Made by a program: the position numbers and the translations under genes
The notes under the pieces: model-generated
Told to the model about the DNA's origin: nothing
Seen by the model: the letters and a program-made list of their open reading frames with translations, nothing else
Databases searched by the model: none
DNA from: Chiloscyllium plagiosum
Taxonomy: Eukaryota
Assembly (NCBI RefSeq): GCF_004010195.1
Contig: NC_057718.1
Location: 40,938,023-41,002,022, forward strand
DNA: 64,000 bases
Direction of reading: 5' to 3'
Shown here: positions 9,780 through 23,958 of the stretch, one piece after another
How positions within the stretch are numbered: the stretch's first letter is position 1
How the letters are laid out: each line of letters begins with the position of its first letter

Positions 9780-11460
9780 ATACTTTGCTAACTGACCACA
9801 CTTTATGTTTTCTGTCTCATCCTTTCTTGAATTGAGGTGTTATATTTGTAATTTTCAATCTACTAGGGATCTTGCCTCAATCCAGGGAATTTTGAGAGAG
9901 TACAACTGTTTCTTGAGATGCTAGGCTGGAGGTCCTAAGATCAAATGCTGTTAGTCTTTAGACTCATTAGTTTTTGTAGAACTAAACATCGTTTTAAGTT
10001 CCTCTCTTCCGTATTTTTGTCATGTGTTTTGTGCTGCCTTCTGTGAAGACAGGTACAAAATACTTGTTGAAAGTCTCTGTCATTTCTTTATTTCACATTA
10101 ATAATTCCCAAGCCACTCCTTGCAAGGTACCAATGCTTTCCATAGGTACCTTTTTCCTTTATGTACATGTAAAACATTTACTGTTTTTAAAATTTCCTTC
10201 TGGTTATTTCTTATACTGTAATTTTATCCTGTTTATTTTTGGGTCATACTTTATTGGTTTCTTTAAAAAAAAATAAGTCAACCTCTGACCTACCACTAAT
10301 ATAGGCAACATTGGAAGACTTTTCTTTCAATGTTATTCTACCCTTAGCTTCTTTAGTTTGCTACAGATAGTGGTATCCTTCTCATAGAGTCTTTATTTCT
10401 CAATGGAATATACCAGATGATTTTAGCAAGAGTTTATTTCGACGGATATCTGCTACTGCTTCTCTACCATCTTAAATTTAGCTTATTTTCTTCATCCACT
10501 TTAGCCAACACTGTCTTGATACCCTTATAGTTGCCATATTTTAGTTTAAGACACTAGTTTCAGACCCCATACTGAATGTGAATATTTTTCATGTTGTGAT
10601 TGCTTTTCCTTAGCAGGTTCTTTGCAATGAAGCCAATGATTAATACTGTCTCTTTATACATTACTAGGTCTTATATAAACTGTTCCCAGGTTGATGCAGA
10701 ATATATTGTTCTAAGAAACTTGCACAAATACACTCCATGAATTCATCCTCCAGGCTACTTTTGCCAATTCAATTGTCTAATCTGTATGAAGATTAAAATT
10801 GCCCTCAATTATTCCAGTACTTCTCTTGCAAACAACTATGATTTATAGAATTATACAGTGTATCTACTTTCAGGAAGCCTATAAACTACTCTTGCCAGTG
10901 AATTTCTTCTTTACTATTTCTTATCTGAACCAAGCTGACTCTAGAATGTTAATCTTCTGAACCAAGTTCATTTTCACTCTGCACTGATCACAATCTTTAT
11001 TCACAGAGCTACCCTATTTCTCTTTATTTTTCTCCTGGTCCTTCAGAAACGTCAATTACCATCAAATATCCATCATCTTGAAACCACGACTTTGTAATGT
11101 CTATCATATTACACCCATTTATTTCTAATTGTGTTACCAATTCATTTGTCTTGTTATAAAAGATGTGAATATTCCGATAAAGAGCTTTTTAATCTGTATT
11201 TTTATCATTTTTACCTTATCTACTCTTACATGCTGGTGCACTATTTTGCTGTATGTTTATACCTTCTTGCTAAATCCCGGTTTTCATTACTTGTTGACTT
11301 CCCTGTATTATTGTCCTTTATTTTCTGTTTAGCGTTCCAAGTCTTTCTTCACATAAATCCTCTCCCAACCCCTCCAACAATTTACTGAAAAACCCTCTCT
11401 ACAGCTAAAGTTATTTAGTTTGCCAGGACTATAGTTCCAAACTGGTTCAGATGGTGTGGC
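9780..11460 (-). mobile_element. Old CR1 LINE (APE to RT region), heavily decayed
   Basis: Reverse-complement matches to CR1 segments elsewhere in the window, e.g. CTTCTGTGAAGACAG..ACAAAATACTTGTT versus 27560-27590. Confidence 0.6.
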
Positions 11461-12050
11461 CAGCAAACAGAATAGTGCAATATTCAAAGAGACCTTTTTT
11501 TCCTAAATGTTTTACTGTAGCAAATATTGGCAGTATTCCCAGTCCAATAGTTAGTTAAATGGAGAATGGATTCAGTGCATGGAGAAAATAAAGGTCCACA
11601 AAGAGCTGGGTATTAATTAAGTGAAACACTTGCATATTTTTCAAGTACTTGTACCATATGGAGTGAATCTGACTGCATTAAAGAAATTAATGTTGAATTA
11701 GGGGTGCTGTGGTGGAAATTTTCCACAGCATATTGGATAATAAGTTGGAAAATAAGCAATCTTAAGTATTTAGAATGGTTAGATTTAGGAAAATATTTTT
11801 CTGTTAAATTAGTTTCTGTGTTTCATTTATAATAAAATTCAATATAAATCTTGATTTTGATTATTAAAAAGTAGCCTTGAATATATTTTAATAACTAATG
11901 TTTATTTTAATTGTTTGACAATTTCACAATGAAATCATATCTTCGGAGTTACTGTTAGTTGGTATTGGAATAATTAAAAAATATGAAGTAATCAGTTCAT
12001 CTTGTGAACTTAATTTCAGCTGTCCTAAAATCTTGTGGTCATAAGTACTC

Positions 12051-12175
12051 AGTCATACTGGACTCAAAACAGTAACTCTGTTTCTCTCTCCACTGTGATT
12101 GCCAAACCTGCTGAGTTTCTCCAGCACTTTCTGTTACAGATTTTCAGCTTCTGCACTATTCTGCTTTTATACTTT
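12051..12175 (+). mobile_element. PLE 3' terminal fragment starting inside the hammerhead stem II
   Basis: AGTC-ATACTG-GACT-C-AAAAC, then AACTCTGTTTCTCTCTCCAC...CCTGCTGAGTTTCTCCAGCACTTTCTGTT. Confidence 0.65.
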
Positions 12176-12234
12176 TGGGTTGATCACTGGGATTGGGTTA
12201 ATCAAGATTTTAATGTGCAGGTGTAATACCAAAA

Positions 12235-13330
12235 CAATTAGAACAACAAAATGATCAAAAGGTTACAGCACAGAAAGAAGCCATTCAGCTAATAACATCT
12301 ACATTGGCTGAATAAACTAGCTGCCTATTCTATTCACACTTTCAAGCATAGTCATGGTTCATAGTCATGTGGGTTACAGCACTTTAGGAACAGATCCAGG
12401 TTTCTTTACATTGAAGCAGAATCCCTCAACTCAATCACCAATCTGGGTAGTAAATATCAGACACCCATCACTCTCTGGATGAAAATACATCTTCATGTCC
12501 CCTGTAAATGCTTCTACCATCACTATCAAGGCCTTCTGGTAATAAACCTCTCTATTAGGGGAATTAGATCTTCCTTGTCCATTCTATCCAAACCTATCAT
12601 TATGTTGTACACCTTGATTAATTCACTTCTCAGACTTCTCACTCTCTCAAGGAAAACAATTGTAGCCTATCCAATCTTTTCTGAAATCTGTAATTTTAAG
12701 TCCTGGCAACATTCTAGTAAATCTCTTCTGTACTCTCTCTCTAGAGAGAATATGTCCTTCCTGAAATGTGGTGACCAAAACTGTACACAAAACCCAGCCA
12801 TAGTCTAACTGCTTCCATTATTCCAGCATTGCAGCCTGCCACTGTATTCAACAGTTCACCCAATATGCCTTTTTTAACCATCTTACTTACTTGTCCTGCC
12901 ACCTTCAGTGACCTCTAGATATGCACACAAAGGTCTTCAGCTCCTCAACTCTTCTCCTTATTGTGTCTTCCATTGCTTTGTTTGCCTTCCTCAGACTTAA
13001 ATTCCTTTTGCCGTTTTCCTTCCCACTCAACCATACCATTGCTATCTCCCTACAATCAATAGCTATCCTCTTCAACATCAATTACCAGTTCAATTTTTCC
13101 TGTTGTTTGTAAATTCCCCATCATGCCTCCCACATTTAAATCTAAATCATTATTATATATCCCACCCAGGAGTGAACTCTGTGAAACACCAGTGAAAATT
13201 GCTTTCCATTCTGAAAGACATTTGTCTGCCATTACACCTTATTTCCTGTCATTGAGCAAATTGTGGTTCCAACTCACCCCATTTTCAGTATCGCATTGGC
13301 TTTAATCTCTCTTACCAATCTGCCATTTGT
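12235..13330 (-). mobile_element. CR1 LINE 3' portion, decayed
   Basis: CAGCACAGAAAGAAGCCATTCAGC tail and CCTGAAATGTGGTGACCAAAACTGTACACAA (minus strand CVQFWSPHFRKD). Confidence 0.75.
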
Positions 13331-13493
13331 ATCTGAAAAGATTGCCACTTAAATGTGATCTGAGTGTGAAGCAGCTGCAGACAATGTGACTTCAGTTATT
13401 CAGACAGATACTTTAGTCCTAAATTAGACAGACAAAGCAAATTGTGATAATAATTTGGGAGTTGATCACAAAATTGACGGCTCAGTAGTTCTT

Positions 13494-13625
13494 ATTTCTG
13501 ATGAAGGGCTTTTGCCTGAAACATTGATTTTCCTGCTCCTTAGATGCTGCCTAATCTGCTGTACCTTTCCAGCACTATTCTAATCTTGAATCTAATCTCC
13601 AGCATCTGCAGTATTCACTTTCACC
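13494..13625 (+). mobile_element. PLE-derived mini-element with hammerhead motif and TSD
   Basis: ATTT-CTGATGA-A-GGGC-TTTT-GCCT-GAAAC-ATT, ending CACTTTCACC. TAGTTCT at 13486-13492 and 13626-13632. Confidence 0.8.
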
Positions 13626-14256
13626 TAGTTCTAATTATTTGCCTGCTAATAAATTATGGTTGTGTGATCTGGGTATAGTCTATTACTTGTTTATGTGCAT
13701 TAAATGTTATGTTTTGAACTACTATTGAGCAGCAATGGGAATGAGTTTCATATGAACTGTCCAATATCTTTCACAAATGAGCAAATGAATTGACAGAGCC
13801 AATTACAACACTGATTCAATAGATTGTAATGTTTACGATTTTCAGTACAACTGACACAGGCATTATAACATATCAGAATGCCAACCCCTCCAGAGAATAG
13901 AATCTAGCTGCCCATGTGTGATTTCAAGATGTGACATAGAAATAATGGAGAATGCTGGTAACTTCATTGTTATTTTTACAGATAAATTTAGCCCACTATT
14001 TTGAAATGTTTAACCAAATGAAAAAATGTGTGCCTCAATCGATATCACAGTCCCATGCATTATTTGCAGCATCTGTTTTGCTGTTAAGGTTTGATTCCAT
14101 ATAACCACCACATCAAATATATGAACAGAGGAATATCATCTTCTGGTTATTAGCATGAAACTGCTCTTCTTGATGTTAGAATGCATTTGAATACTTGAGG
14201 GTTTGGATCTTATTGCCAGTATAAACAGTAGCACACACAGTCTTTCCTTATTTTCT

Positions 14257-14500
14257 AGGAGAAAGTGAGGACTGCAGATGCTGGAGATCAGAGTCAAGAG
14301 TGTGATGCTGGAAAAACACAGCAGGTCAGGCAGCATCTGAGGAGCAGGAGAATCGACGTTTCAAGCATAAGCCCTTCATCAGGAATGAGGCTGATAAGCC
14401 TCACTCCTGATGAAGTGCTTATGCCCAAAACGCTGATTCTCCTGTTCCTCGAATGCTGCCTGACCTGCTGTGTTTTTCCAGCTCCACACTCTCGACTCTG
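14257..14500. mobile_element. Head-to-head palindromic PLE insertion
   Basis: Arms mirror about GAGGCT-GATA-AGCCTC (~14387-14402). The left arm has the full terminus AGGAGAAAGTGAGG. The right arm is 3'-truncated at CTCGACTCTG. Confidence 0.9.
14351..14386 (-). ncRNA. Minimal hammerhead ribozyme motif, intact core
   Basis: Minus strand ATTC-CTGATGA-A-GGGC-TTAT-GCTT-GAAAC-GTC-GATT. Stem II is retained through G-U pairs. Confidence 0.65.
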
Positions 14501-16989
14501 CTTGTATAAAAAAAATTAAAGAAGGGTTGGGGGCAGGGGATTAAGTTTTGACTGCCTACCACTCTGTTCATAAGGAATGTTAGGGCAATAGGTAGATTTT
14601 GTTTTATTTGTATCTCATTTGGCTACTCAGTGACAGTGCTCCCATTCAAAATAGGCAACAGGCTCATCTAAATATTTAAACTGGAGTATTTTTCCAACAC
14701 AATTTCAAGTTCCAATAGGCAATGTGAACATCACACAGGTCTAGCCAGTGGTACCAGTCATGACATAATCCATAACCCTTAAAGGGGTAGCTTTAGGCTG
14801 CAATAAAAATGGGCAAAAACTCCTTTTCATGCTTTGGACTCTCAGAAATCTTCTGACCTACTCACACCTGCTCATTTCTGACCTGACCAATGTCTTTAAT
14901 TTAAAGTTTACTCTTGTGGAGCAGCTATTAGCTGGATGGACCAAACATAATGTTAATCTGTGTGCCAGCATTTACTCATATTCAACTGAATGGTGTGGCG
15001 AATGTGAATCAAATAATTTATTTCTAAAAAGCTTTACTGATCAGATGTCCATATTTGTTAAAATAGTTCTTCAGAAAATATTTAAACTTGTTCAAATTCA
15101 AGGCTGATCAACACAGAATCACCCAAAATTATTTCTAGGAACTAGAAAAATCCACAAATTCTGATAAAAAGCATCATAATCTCTCCCAATGTTGGGGTAA
15201 ACCCATCAGCAAATTTGAGCATTTCTTCACTCAGCATTTGCTACTGTTGAGATAATTAAGGATTTTATTTACTTTTTCAAAAAATACTTTCTTGCCTCTT
15301 CCATGATGTTGGTGGGTTAATATTTTAACTGTTTGATCTGCATTGGTAACCCTGAAAGTAAATGGTTCAAGGCTATTCAAATGGTGGACACCAAAAAAGA
15401 GCTAACCTATTTTCATCTGACATGTGCAGTAACCATCAACTGGTAGTGATCTGGAGCAGGATTCCTGTCCAGTTGTTGCCTCTCTACCTCAAAAACCCAA
15501 TTGCTGCAATCCTGTCATGTGAGTTGTACCTAAAATCAGCAAATCTGACCTGCTAAGTTTTTCCAGAACGTTCTGCTTTGATTTCAGATATTCAGCATAT
15601 GCAATATTTTATTTTTACTTGATGAGGAGGTAGTTGTAAGGTATGGATTAAAAGAACATATGTCAGTCTAAATATGACTGTTCTTTCAATGAACCAGTAA
15701 TGCAGGACCAAAGGCATTTTTCAGTGCCATAAGTTTCTATAGTTCTTAGCCGAGGCCACCTATCCATACTCTTTATAACTGAAATGATGTGGAACAAGTG
15801 GGATGAATTATCACCATGGCTTTATGTTTCCATCTTATTAGGATGCCAAGAAATAACCAGATACTTAACATGCAACTATGTTAGTAATTGAGTATTTAGG
15901 TAGAGCAAGTGCTCCAGGGCAAGGATGTAAATGACACAATACTGCTTTGGGAATCCTCTTTACACAGTACCTGATATCCTCTTGTACTGAACAAAAGACA
16001 AACTTCATCCTAAAATGTTTTCTGTTTCAATTTGGCTTTAGAGGGTCAAGTTTATGATTATCAGGAAATCAGAATAACCTGAATTCCTGATCCCCAATGG
16101 ACTATTTCAATTTCAGAGTGTTTTTGGTTATGCACATACGAAATTGGAAATGTGAGCAAAATGAATCTTGAACCTTGATAATAAAGACTCAAAATTAGAA
16201 TGTTTACAAAATCAAGATGATTAATTCTGTTGATAAATGTGTGAGTGTATGAAAGACAAAGTAAAGGATCCTATTGTCTTCAGAATTCAGTCCCAAATTC
16301 AGCTGTTAGTCTCAATGCTGCTGACCAACAGTCAAGTCTCCCAGAATCTCATGGAACACAGATGTTCCATTTTACAACTAAGGATTAAAACTGACTAATT
16401 CTGTGGGCACCAGAAATCATCTTGTTTTAATTTAGGGTTGGAAATGTTTACAATGGAAAGCGAGCAGGTTTGGCTTTTTGGTAACAAAGGTTTTAAGTTT
16501 TTCAGGACTAGTGGCTAAAAAACGATACTTGAATAGTATTTTATCACCATAAAATATTTGATGGAAAAGTGTATTAAGAACAGTATTCTAAAGAAAAATC
16601 GCTGTCCATAGACCAATGAAATTATTTTCCTGGCCAGTAAAATTATAGGGGGCCGCTTACTCAAAGAACAAAAAACCTAAATGTGGAGACTTGATTTTAT
16701 AAGATTTTCCAGGAGATTTTGGCATTGTTAGTGCAAAACATCATGCTAGGATTACATATATGTTCCCTGTATGATATGTAAAGGGACGAAACATAACATA
16801 TATTTGACTGTTGTAATTGCTGATGTCAGATCCATTTAATGTTATCAATTCTGTTAATAACATAAAATGTGCTCCTCAGAAATTAACTTGCTTCTCTGTT
16901 GGTATTAAACTTTACACACAGCCTATAGCAGGACTGATTTAGCCACGAAGTATTGCTGGAGGAGATTAATAATTACCGAGAGGGTTAAA

Positions 16990-19780
16990 AGGTGAGAAGC
17001 AGTGAATCTGAATTACTTCAAGATGCTGTTCAGGATTGTAGGAGAACTGACCAGTATAAGAAGTGGCATCACTGTACCAATCAAGAGTGAAGATGGTAGG
17101 CTACTACTGACAGATGAGGAATAGGAGCAAAATGGATGGAACACTTTCAGGAGGTGGTCAATCAACCTATTCTCCACCCAATATTTGAGTTTGATGACCA
17201 CACCAGGCCTCAGCAACTGACCATCAACCTTGGAAAACTGATCAGATCAGAGGTCCATAGAGCCATCTAAGGCCTGAAGAACACTAAAATAGCTGATATC
17301 TTTGCGATACCTGGCATAATTGAAATACCTAGGATCTTTGAGATACTTAGCAAGGTCTTCAGCACTGCACTCCTCGACAAATTGAAAGTAGACATTGGTG
17401 ATAACCTTTGTGGTAAACAGGCAGGTTTCCAGGCTAACAAATCATTCTGTGAGCAGATGGTTACATTCAGCAATGCAGAGTCTACTGTATCACAAACCAC
17501 TGGTTAGCAACTTCAATGATTTCAAGTGGGATTTCAATAGCACTCACCAACAGTCAAATGATACATTGTAAGACAACACAGCATCCCAGAGTGGTATAGT
17601 AACCTTTTCTGAGCTTTATGTATGAAACCAGCTTCTGCATCAAGACAAGCTCAGGCACCACAGATTCCATCAACATCATTACAGGAGTACAGCAAAGTGA
17701 CCTACCCTCCCCATTCCTTTTGTCTTTATTATTGATTTTCTCATGAAGAAGATGATAGTCAATGCAGACTTTGATATCATGTTGCATTGGCACCAGTAGA
17801 CAGCTGTGAAAAGACAAACACAATGATGTCCGAAAAGCAACAAGACCTCCCATTGCCATTGGACAACAAAACTTCAAGAATGCTAATCACATCCTGTGTT
17901 GAAGAAGCGAAATCTCCAGGGAGGATGATGTAGGGATTGATGTCCACACAAAAATTTAGAGGGCAGCATCAGTCTTCTAGCGACCCTACACAGAGAGGGA
18001 ATCCAATACCATCAAAACAGCCATGAAGCTGCAACTTCATGTGTGCATTGTAGTACCAATTGCAATCAATATCAGTGAGGCAAGGACAAGAATGACAAAG
18101 GTGTAACATACTGGGATGTCTTGCAACATGTATTTGGAAAGGCAAGGACTGATTAGGGATAGTCTTCATGGTTTTGTGCATGGGAAATCATGTCTAATGG
18201 ACTAGATTGAATTTTTTGAAGAAGTAACTAAGAGGATTGATGAGGACAGAGCAGTGGACAGAGCAGTGGATCTATATGGACTTCAGTAAGGTGTTCGACA
18301 AGGCTCTTCATGGTAGACTGGTTAGCAAGGTAAGATCTCATGGAATATTGCCATTTGAATACAGAACTGGCTCAAAGGCAGAAGACTGAGGGTAGTGGTG
18401 GAGTGTTGTCTTTCGGACTGGTGGCCTGTGACCAGTGGAATGCCACAAGGATTAGTGCTGCGTCCACTGTTTTTTGGCATTTATATAAATGATTTGGATA
18501 TGAACATAGGAGATATAATAAGTAAGTTTACAGATAACACCAAATTTGGAGGTGTAGTGACCAACAAAAAAGGTTACCTCAGAGTACAATGGGATCTTGA
18601 TGAGATGGATTAATGGGCTGAGATAATTTAGATAAATGTGAGGTGTTACATTTTGGAAAGGCAAATCAAAGCAGTACTTATACATGTAATTAGATTAGAT
18701 TAGATTAGATTACTTAAGGTGCTGGGGTGTGTTGCTGAACAAAGAGACCTTGGAGTGCAGATTCCTGGTTCCTTGAAAGTGGAGTCGCAGGTAGATAGGA
18801 TAGTGAAGAAGATATTTACTTTGCTTTCCTTTATTGGTCAGAGCACTGAGTGTAGGAGTTGGGAGGTCATGTTGCAGCTGTACAGGACATTGGTTAGGCC
18901 ACTGGAATATTGCATGCAATTCTGGTCTCCCTCCTATAGGAAAGATATCGTGAAACTTCAAAGGGTTCAGATTTACCACTGTGAAGCCAGCATTGGAGGA
19001 TTTGAACTAAAGCGAGAGATTGAATAGGCTGGAGCTGTTTTTCCTGGAGCGTTGGAGGTTGAGGAGTAAATTATGAGGTTTATAAAATTATGAGGGGCAT
19101 GGATAGGGTAAATAAACAAGGTCTTTACCCTAGGGTGGGAGAGTCCAGAACAAGAGGGCATAGGTTTACGGTGAGAGTGGAAAAATCTAAAAGGGCAACT
19201 TTTTCACGCAGGGTGTGGTATGTGCATGGAATGAGCTGCAGAGAAAGTGGTGGAGGCTGGTACAATTCAAGTATTTGAAAGGCACCTAGATGGGTATATG
19301 AGTAGGAAGCATTTAGAGGGATATGGGCCAAGTGCTGGCAAATGGAACTAGATTAAGTTAAGATATCTGGTTGGCATGGACGAGTTAGACCAAAGTGTCT
19401 GTTTCTGTGCTGTACATCTCTATGGCAATGACTGTATGTTGCCAACATAAGATCTTAGGTGTCACTTGGAGAGAAAACATGACCAATGAAGAACTGCTAC
19501 ACAGGACTTTTCAGAAGCACCTCAAGGACATTGTGACAGAGGAATGTCTGGTCTGTCAGGACCATTTCATCTCTTGGATGAGCGCTAAAGTGTTGTCGTT
19601 GTATGGACACCACCAGTTTAGAAAAGAAGATGGGTACAGCTAAAAAAGGTGTAGTGCAGTGCATTTAAAGGCAGGACACCACCTGAGCTGGAACAAAAGA
19701 GATTGCAATGGACCCAGGCCAGTGGCAGAGTCTTGTCTATTTTCCTGTATGGCACCAGAGTGGAACTAAAGATAATTAAG
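16990..19780 (+). mobile_element. RTE-clade LINE relic, split by a CR1 insertion
   Basis: PIKSEDGRLLLTDEE..WMEHFQEVVNQP, KQAGFQANKSFCEQMVTF, NFNDFKWDFNSTH and TGVQQSDLPSPFLF. Resumes after 19435 with CCQHKILGVTWRENMTNEELL. Confidence 0.75.
18128..19435 (+). mobile_element. CR1 (HER1-like) LINE, 5'-truncated
   Basis: VTSGMPQGLVLRPLFFGIYINDLD..ISKFTDNTKFGG and LYRTLVRPLEYCMQFWSP, with a 3' UTR ending CTGTACATCTCTATG. Contains a (TAGAT)n run at 18690-18713. Confidence 0.92.
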
Positions 19781-21004
19781 TATAGCAGAGATGTACTGAA
19801 TTTATTCGAATAATGTATAACCCTTCATTAAATAGAACTGAGTTGTCCACTTTTCCCTGTTTTGTTTGATACAGTATTATACTAAATTGGATCATGAAGA
19901 TATATTAGCCTATTACTGAAATCTAAACAGGAAGCTAGCATTTAGATAGTTAATTTGACATTGTGAATCATTTCTTCACCCTTATATAATATACTTCTAG
20001 ACTTGATCTACACTGGACTGTTAATTTACAGCTCATAGCTGTGTGGCCTCTGACATCTGTTCTGTTTTGTGAATGTTTACTGGTGTGCTGTGCAACCACA
20101 TTGAAGGGACCCATCTGTTTTTGTTTCTTTCCTCCAAGAGGCTGAAGTTAAATTACAAACAGAAATATCTGGACGCCACAATGTTTTTGCAAACTTTCAG
20201 GTATAGTTTATCTTTTTATGTTGCAATTTATGTTTATTCTTACTCCCATAAATGAATTGACATAAGGCTGAATGGCAGAATATATTTCAATAGATTTGCG
20301 TGAACATCATGTCAAACACTTGTTATTGTTTTCTTACACTGTTCAGTGAGATGCCGTGCAGAACACTGAGTGATAGGAGCAAACTATTTTTTAGAAACAA
20401 ACACGATTTCCCTTCTCTCTTCCAGCTGTGCCAAAGAGCAACATTAATATTTATTTTGAAATGTATTGTTGATTGCAATTGACATTGATATCATAGTTAT
20501 GCTACCTTTCAGGCTGTACTGACCATTTCTCACCTAAGGTGGTGTGTGTGTTAACTACTGTACACACCTCTAGCTATATTGTATTTTATGAACACCTTGA
20601 AAGCATGTAAGAAATGTTAAGCTTGACAGGCCCCACAATCTATACTTTGACAAGAGTCTCAGAGATTGTATATCAAAACACAAATGATTTTACAGACAGC
20701 CACCAATCATATTTCTATAATATTTATAATTTATGTATAATGCAAAATGAATGCGCCAAATTTGGCAAGTTGAAATTCAAATGTGAAAGAAAGACACAGA
20801 TATATTAAAAGTATTTACTCATAAAATATTGAACAATTTTTTTAGTAGTTGGCAATATTATGGAGAAATTATTCTTCCATGTTTTTACACATTATTTATT
20901 AGTGAGCTGTTGAAATTTATTTGTAAATATATCAACAATTTTAATTTAAGTAGTAATAATGTATTTTTACAAGTAAAAGCTTGTAATGAATGACAAGTGA
21001 TTAC

Positions 21005-21755
21005 AAATAAATCTTGATCAATTTCATCAATGGGCTGAGGATTGGCAGACAGAGTTTAATTTGGATGAATGTGAAATATTGCATTTTGGTAAAACAAGCA
21101 AGGGCATGACTTACACAATTAATGGTAGGGCCCTGGGTAATGTTGTACAAGAGAGAAACCTAGGGGTTCAGGTACATCATTGTTTGAAATTTGCACCACA
21201 GGTTGACAGGATGGTTAAGGTGGCATTTAGCATGCATGCCTTCATTGCTCAGACCTTTGAGTATAGGAGTTGGATATCATGTTGAGGTTGTGCAGGATGT
21301 TGGTGAGGCTTCTTCTGGAGTACTGTGTGCAGTTCTGGTCACCCTTCTATACGAAGAATATTATTAAATTGGAGGGGGTTCAGAACAGATTTATGAGAAT
21401 GTTATGCTGGGAGAGAGGGTTTGAGTAATGAAAGTAGATTGGTTAGGCTGGGACTTTTTTCACTGGAGCGTAGAAGGTTAAGGGGTGAGCTTATAGAGGT
21501 TTATAAAATCATGAAGGGCAAGGATAAGGTGAATAGCAAGAGTCTTTTCCATAGGGTGAGGGAGTTCAAAAGTAGAGGGCATACGTTTAAGGTGAGAGGA
21601 GAAAGTTTTATAAAAGACATCGGGGCAACATTTTTACACAGTGGTTTGTTATGTGGAAATGAGCTGCCAGAGGAAGTGGTGGATGCAGGCATAGTTACAA
21701 TATTTAAAAGACAGTTGGGTAAATACATGAATAGGAAAGGTTTGGAAGGATAAAC
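21005..21755 (+). mobile_element. CR1 LINE 3' fragment
   Basis: ORF 21421..21753 RLGLFSLERRRLRGELIEVYKIMKG...RGHTFKVRGE. Confidence 0.9.
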
Positions 21756-23958
21756 TTGCCTCTGATCAGATGCCAAGTTCTAGATTTGAGGATGTTATCG
21801 AACTTGGCAGTTCAGAGAATGTGGAAGAATTCATTTGAAAAGACACATACAATTACAAAATTTTTCTTTAATACAAAAAAAAACCCAAAGCATACAGTTG
21901 TAAAATGTATACATTTTTCTTGGGAAAATTTTCATTAAAAATAAAGAATAATTCTCCAAACAACTAGCTCACAAATACGCCTTTTTCAGTGCAAGAGCTT
22001 GTTGTAACTAATTCCCAAACAGTAGATCATCAATGACTGTTTTACATGACAATCTAGAATAAATATCAATTGCATTGTATTTTGTTTCAAAACGGTTTAT
22101 GGGGGTTCATAAATAAATATGTTCTGTTTTCTATTTTCTTTTTTATGTGTTTACTAAAATAGGATTACCAAGTGATACTATAAAACTATTGTGCATATTA
22201 ACTGATTTAAACAGTAGAACATATGTTGTTTCTTGTGTTTTTCAAATAATTTAGCAATTTTGGCAAATCGTTCTGAGAAAACACATGGTGGAATGAAGAT
22301 CACAAAGATGTCATAAATATAAATCATTTCAATCCTAAGTATTGCGGTCACATTAAAAAAGAAAGCAACTTGCTATCAATGATTGCAAACAATTAACAAA
22401 CATTTTGGTGACATATCTGCTTCCGTGTTTCCTTGAGGGAATTAAAGAGTAGAGTATTTTGTCACTAATTAAAACATAATAACCAGGGTTTTGTGGTCAG
22501 CAGTTAGTAGATGGCACTTGCAGAGCACTACATGGTTCATCCAATTCAATAACCTCCACAGAATGGTGTCAGTGAGCACTATGTAAAACCTAGAGGCTGG
22601 CCAATCAATAAAAATGAACCTCATTCAGGAAAGGCAGGGGCTAAATTTGATAACTTGTGAAAACTGTTGCAGGGGATGTGGTATATGTGCCTTTCGGTGG
22701 CAATGCAGGCTGCTAGCCACATTTGTGCAATCATTAATCTCTTTAAATTCAGTGTCCAACCCATGCTAACTGTGCTGTTCTTGGCTGGATATCTGAATGG
22801 CAGGTCCAAATCATGTGTTAACACCAATTAAAGGTATCCTGCACTGTAGAAACTAGTGTATACCTCTTAAAGGGGATGAGCATTGTGGTTAGAGTAGGGG
22901 TTGGCAGTTGTATAAGAAATGCATCTGGCCTGAGAAACATTGAATAATGAGATGTGAGAAACATTGGGTTCCAGGATTTTCTGATGCTGCCCTGAAGGTC
23001 TGGCAGAGGAGGTGGACAGTAGTCGAAATTTCCTGTATCTGTAGGGGTCAGTCTTCAGACCCAGGCTGTGGCAACAGTGAGTTCAAGTAGCCTTGATGAT
23101 CAATGTCCCCAGCATGCAAACACCAAGGACTTGGCTATATTTTTACAAGAACTTTGTACTTTGTGAATGCCTCTTAAAAAATAATCTGCTCTACTTGTCT
23201 CAGACACACTGCTCATTTCAGCACGTCCTCATCTTTCAGCTACCAAACACCTTAATTACTCATGATGCATACGTAACATTCATATGCTGCACTATACTGT
23301 AATATACACACAGAGCTGCTGCATATCTCACACCCACATCCTCCAGTTTACACTCAGTGCCAGCTGTTCATCAATGACAGCCACATCATCCAAACAGATT
23401 GTACAGCAATCGTTGAGGAACTTGCTTCTCTCTTGCCGAACAGATTGTCTCTAACAGAGGCCATGGAAGCTGACTGGTAAAGGGGCACATCCGGATGTTC
23501 TGAACTCCATTGAAGACACCTTATTAGGAAGACCATTACTGATGCTGTGACCCATGGTAATATTGAAACATCAAAAGTTTAAACCATCAAAGTTATCTCA
23601 ATGTCCAATCCCCTTTCTCACTTCCTCTCTCTCTTCTGAGTTGTCAGAGTTGCTGTAACCACACACTTCTTAATTTTCCTCACTCCCTCACCATAAACCT
23701 ACCCTTATACCTTTATTGTTCAATCGTTGAAGTGCAACCTTGATATTCAATGGAGGGCAAGCAAGTATAATGAAGCCATATCCTCACTTTATTTCACACT
23801 TGTAACCATTTGGTCAGATACTGTACATAATTTAGTAGAGAACATTGAGGCGTGATCTACATTGGGTGAGATACTGGGTTTGAGTGCCCAGCAATATTGC
23901 AGAGCTCAGCTTGACAGAGGACAGAGTTGTCCATGAATTTTCCACAGAACACACAACT

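Noticed and set aside
16060..16091. 13-bp hairpin ATCAGGAAATCAG/CTGAATTCCTGAT resembling the start of the hammerhead family
   Set aside because: No GA after CTGAT, no stem II or GAAA, and no TSD. Too short to assign.
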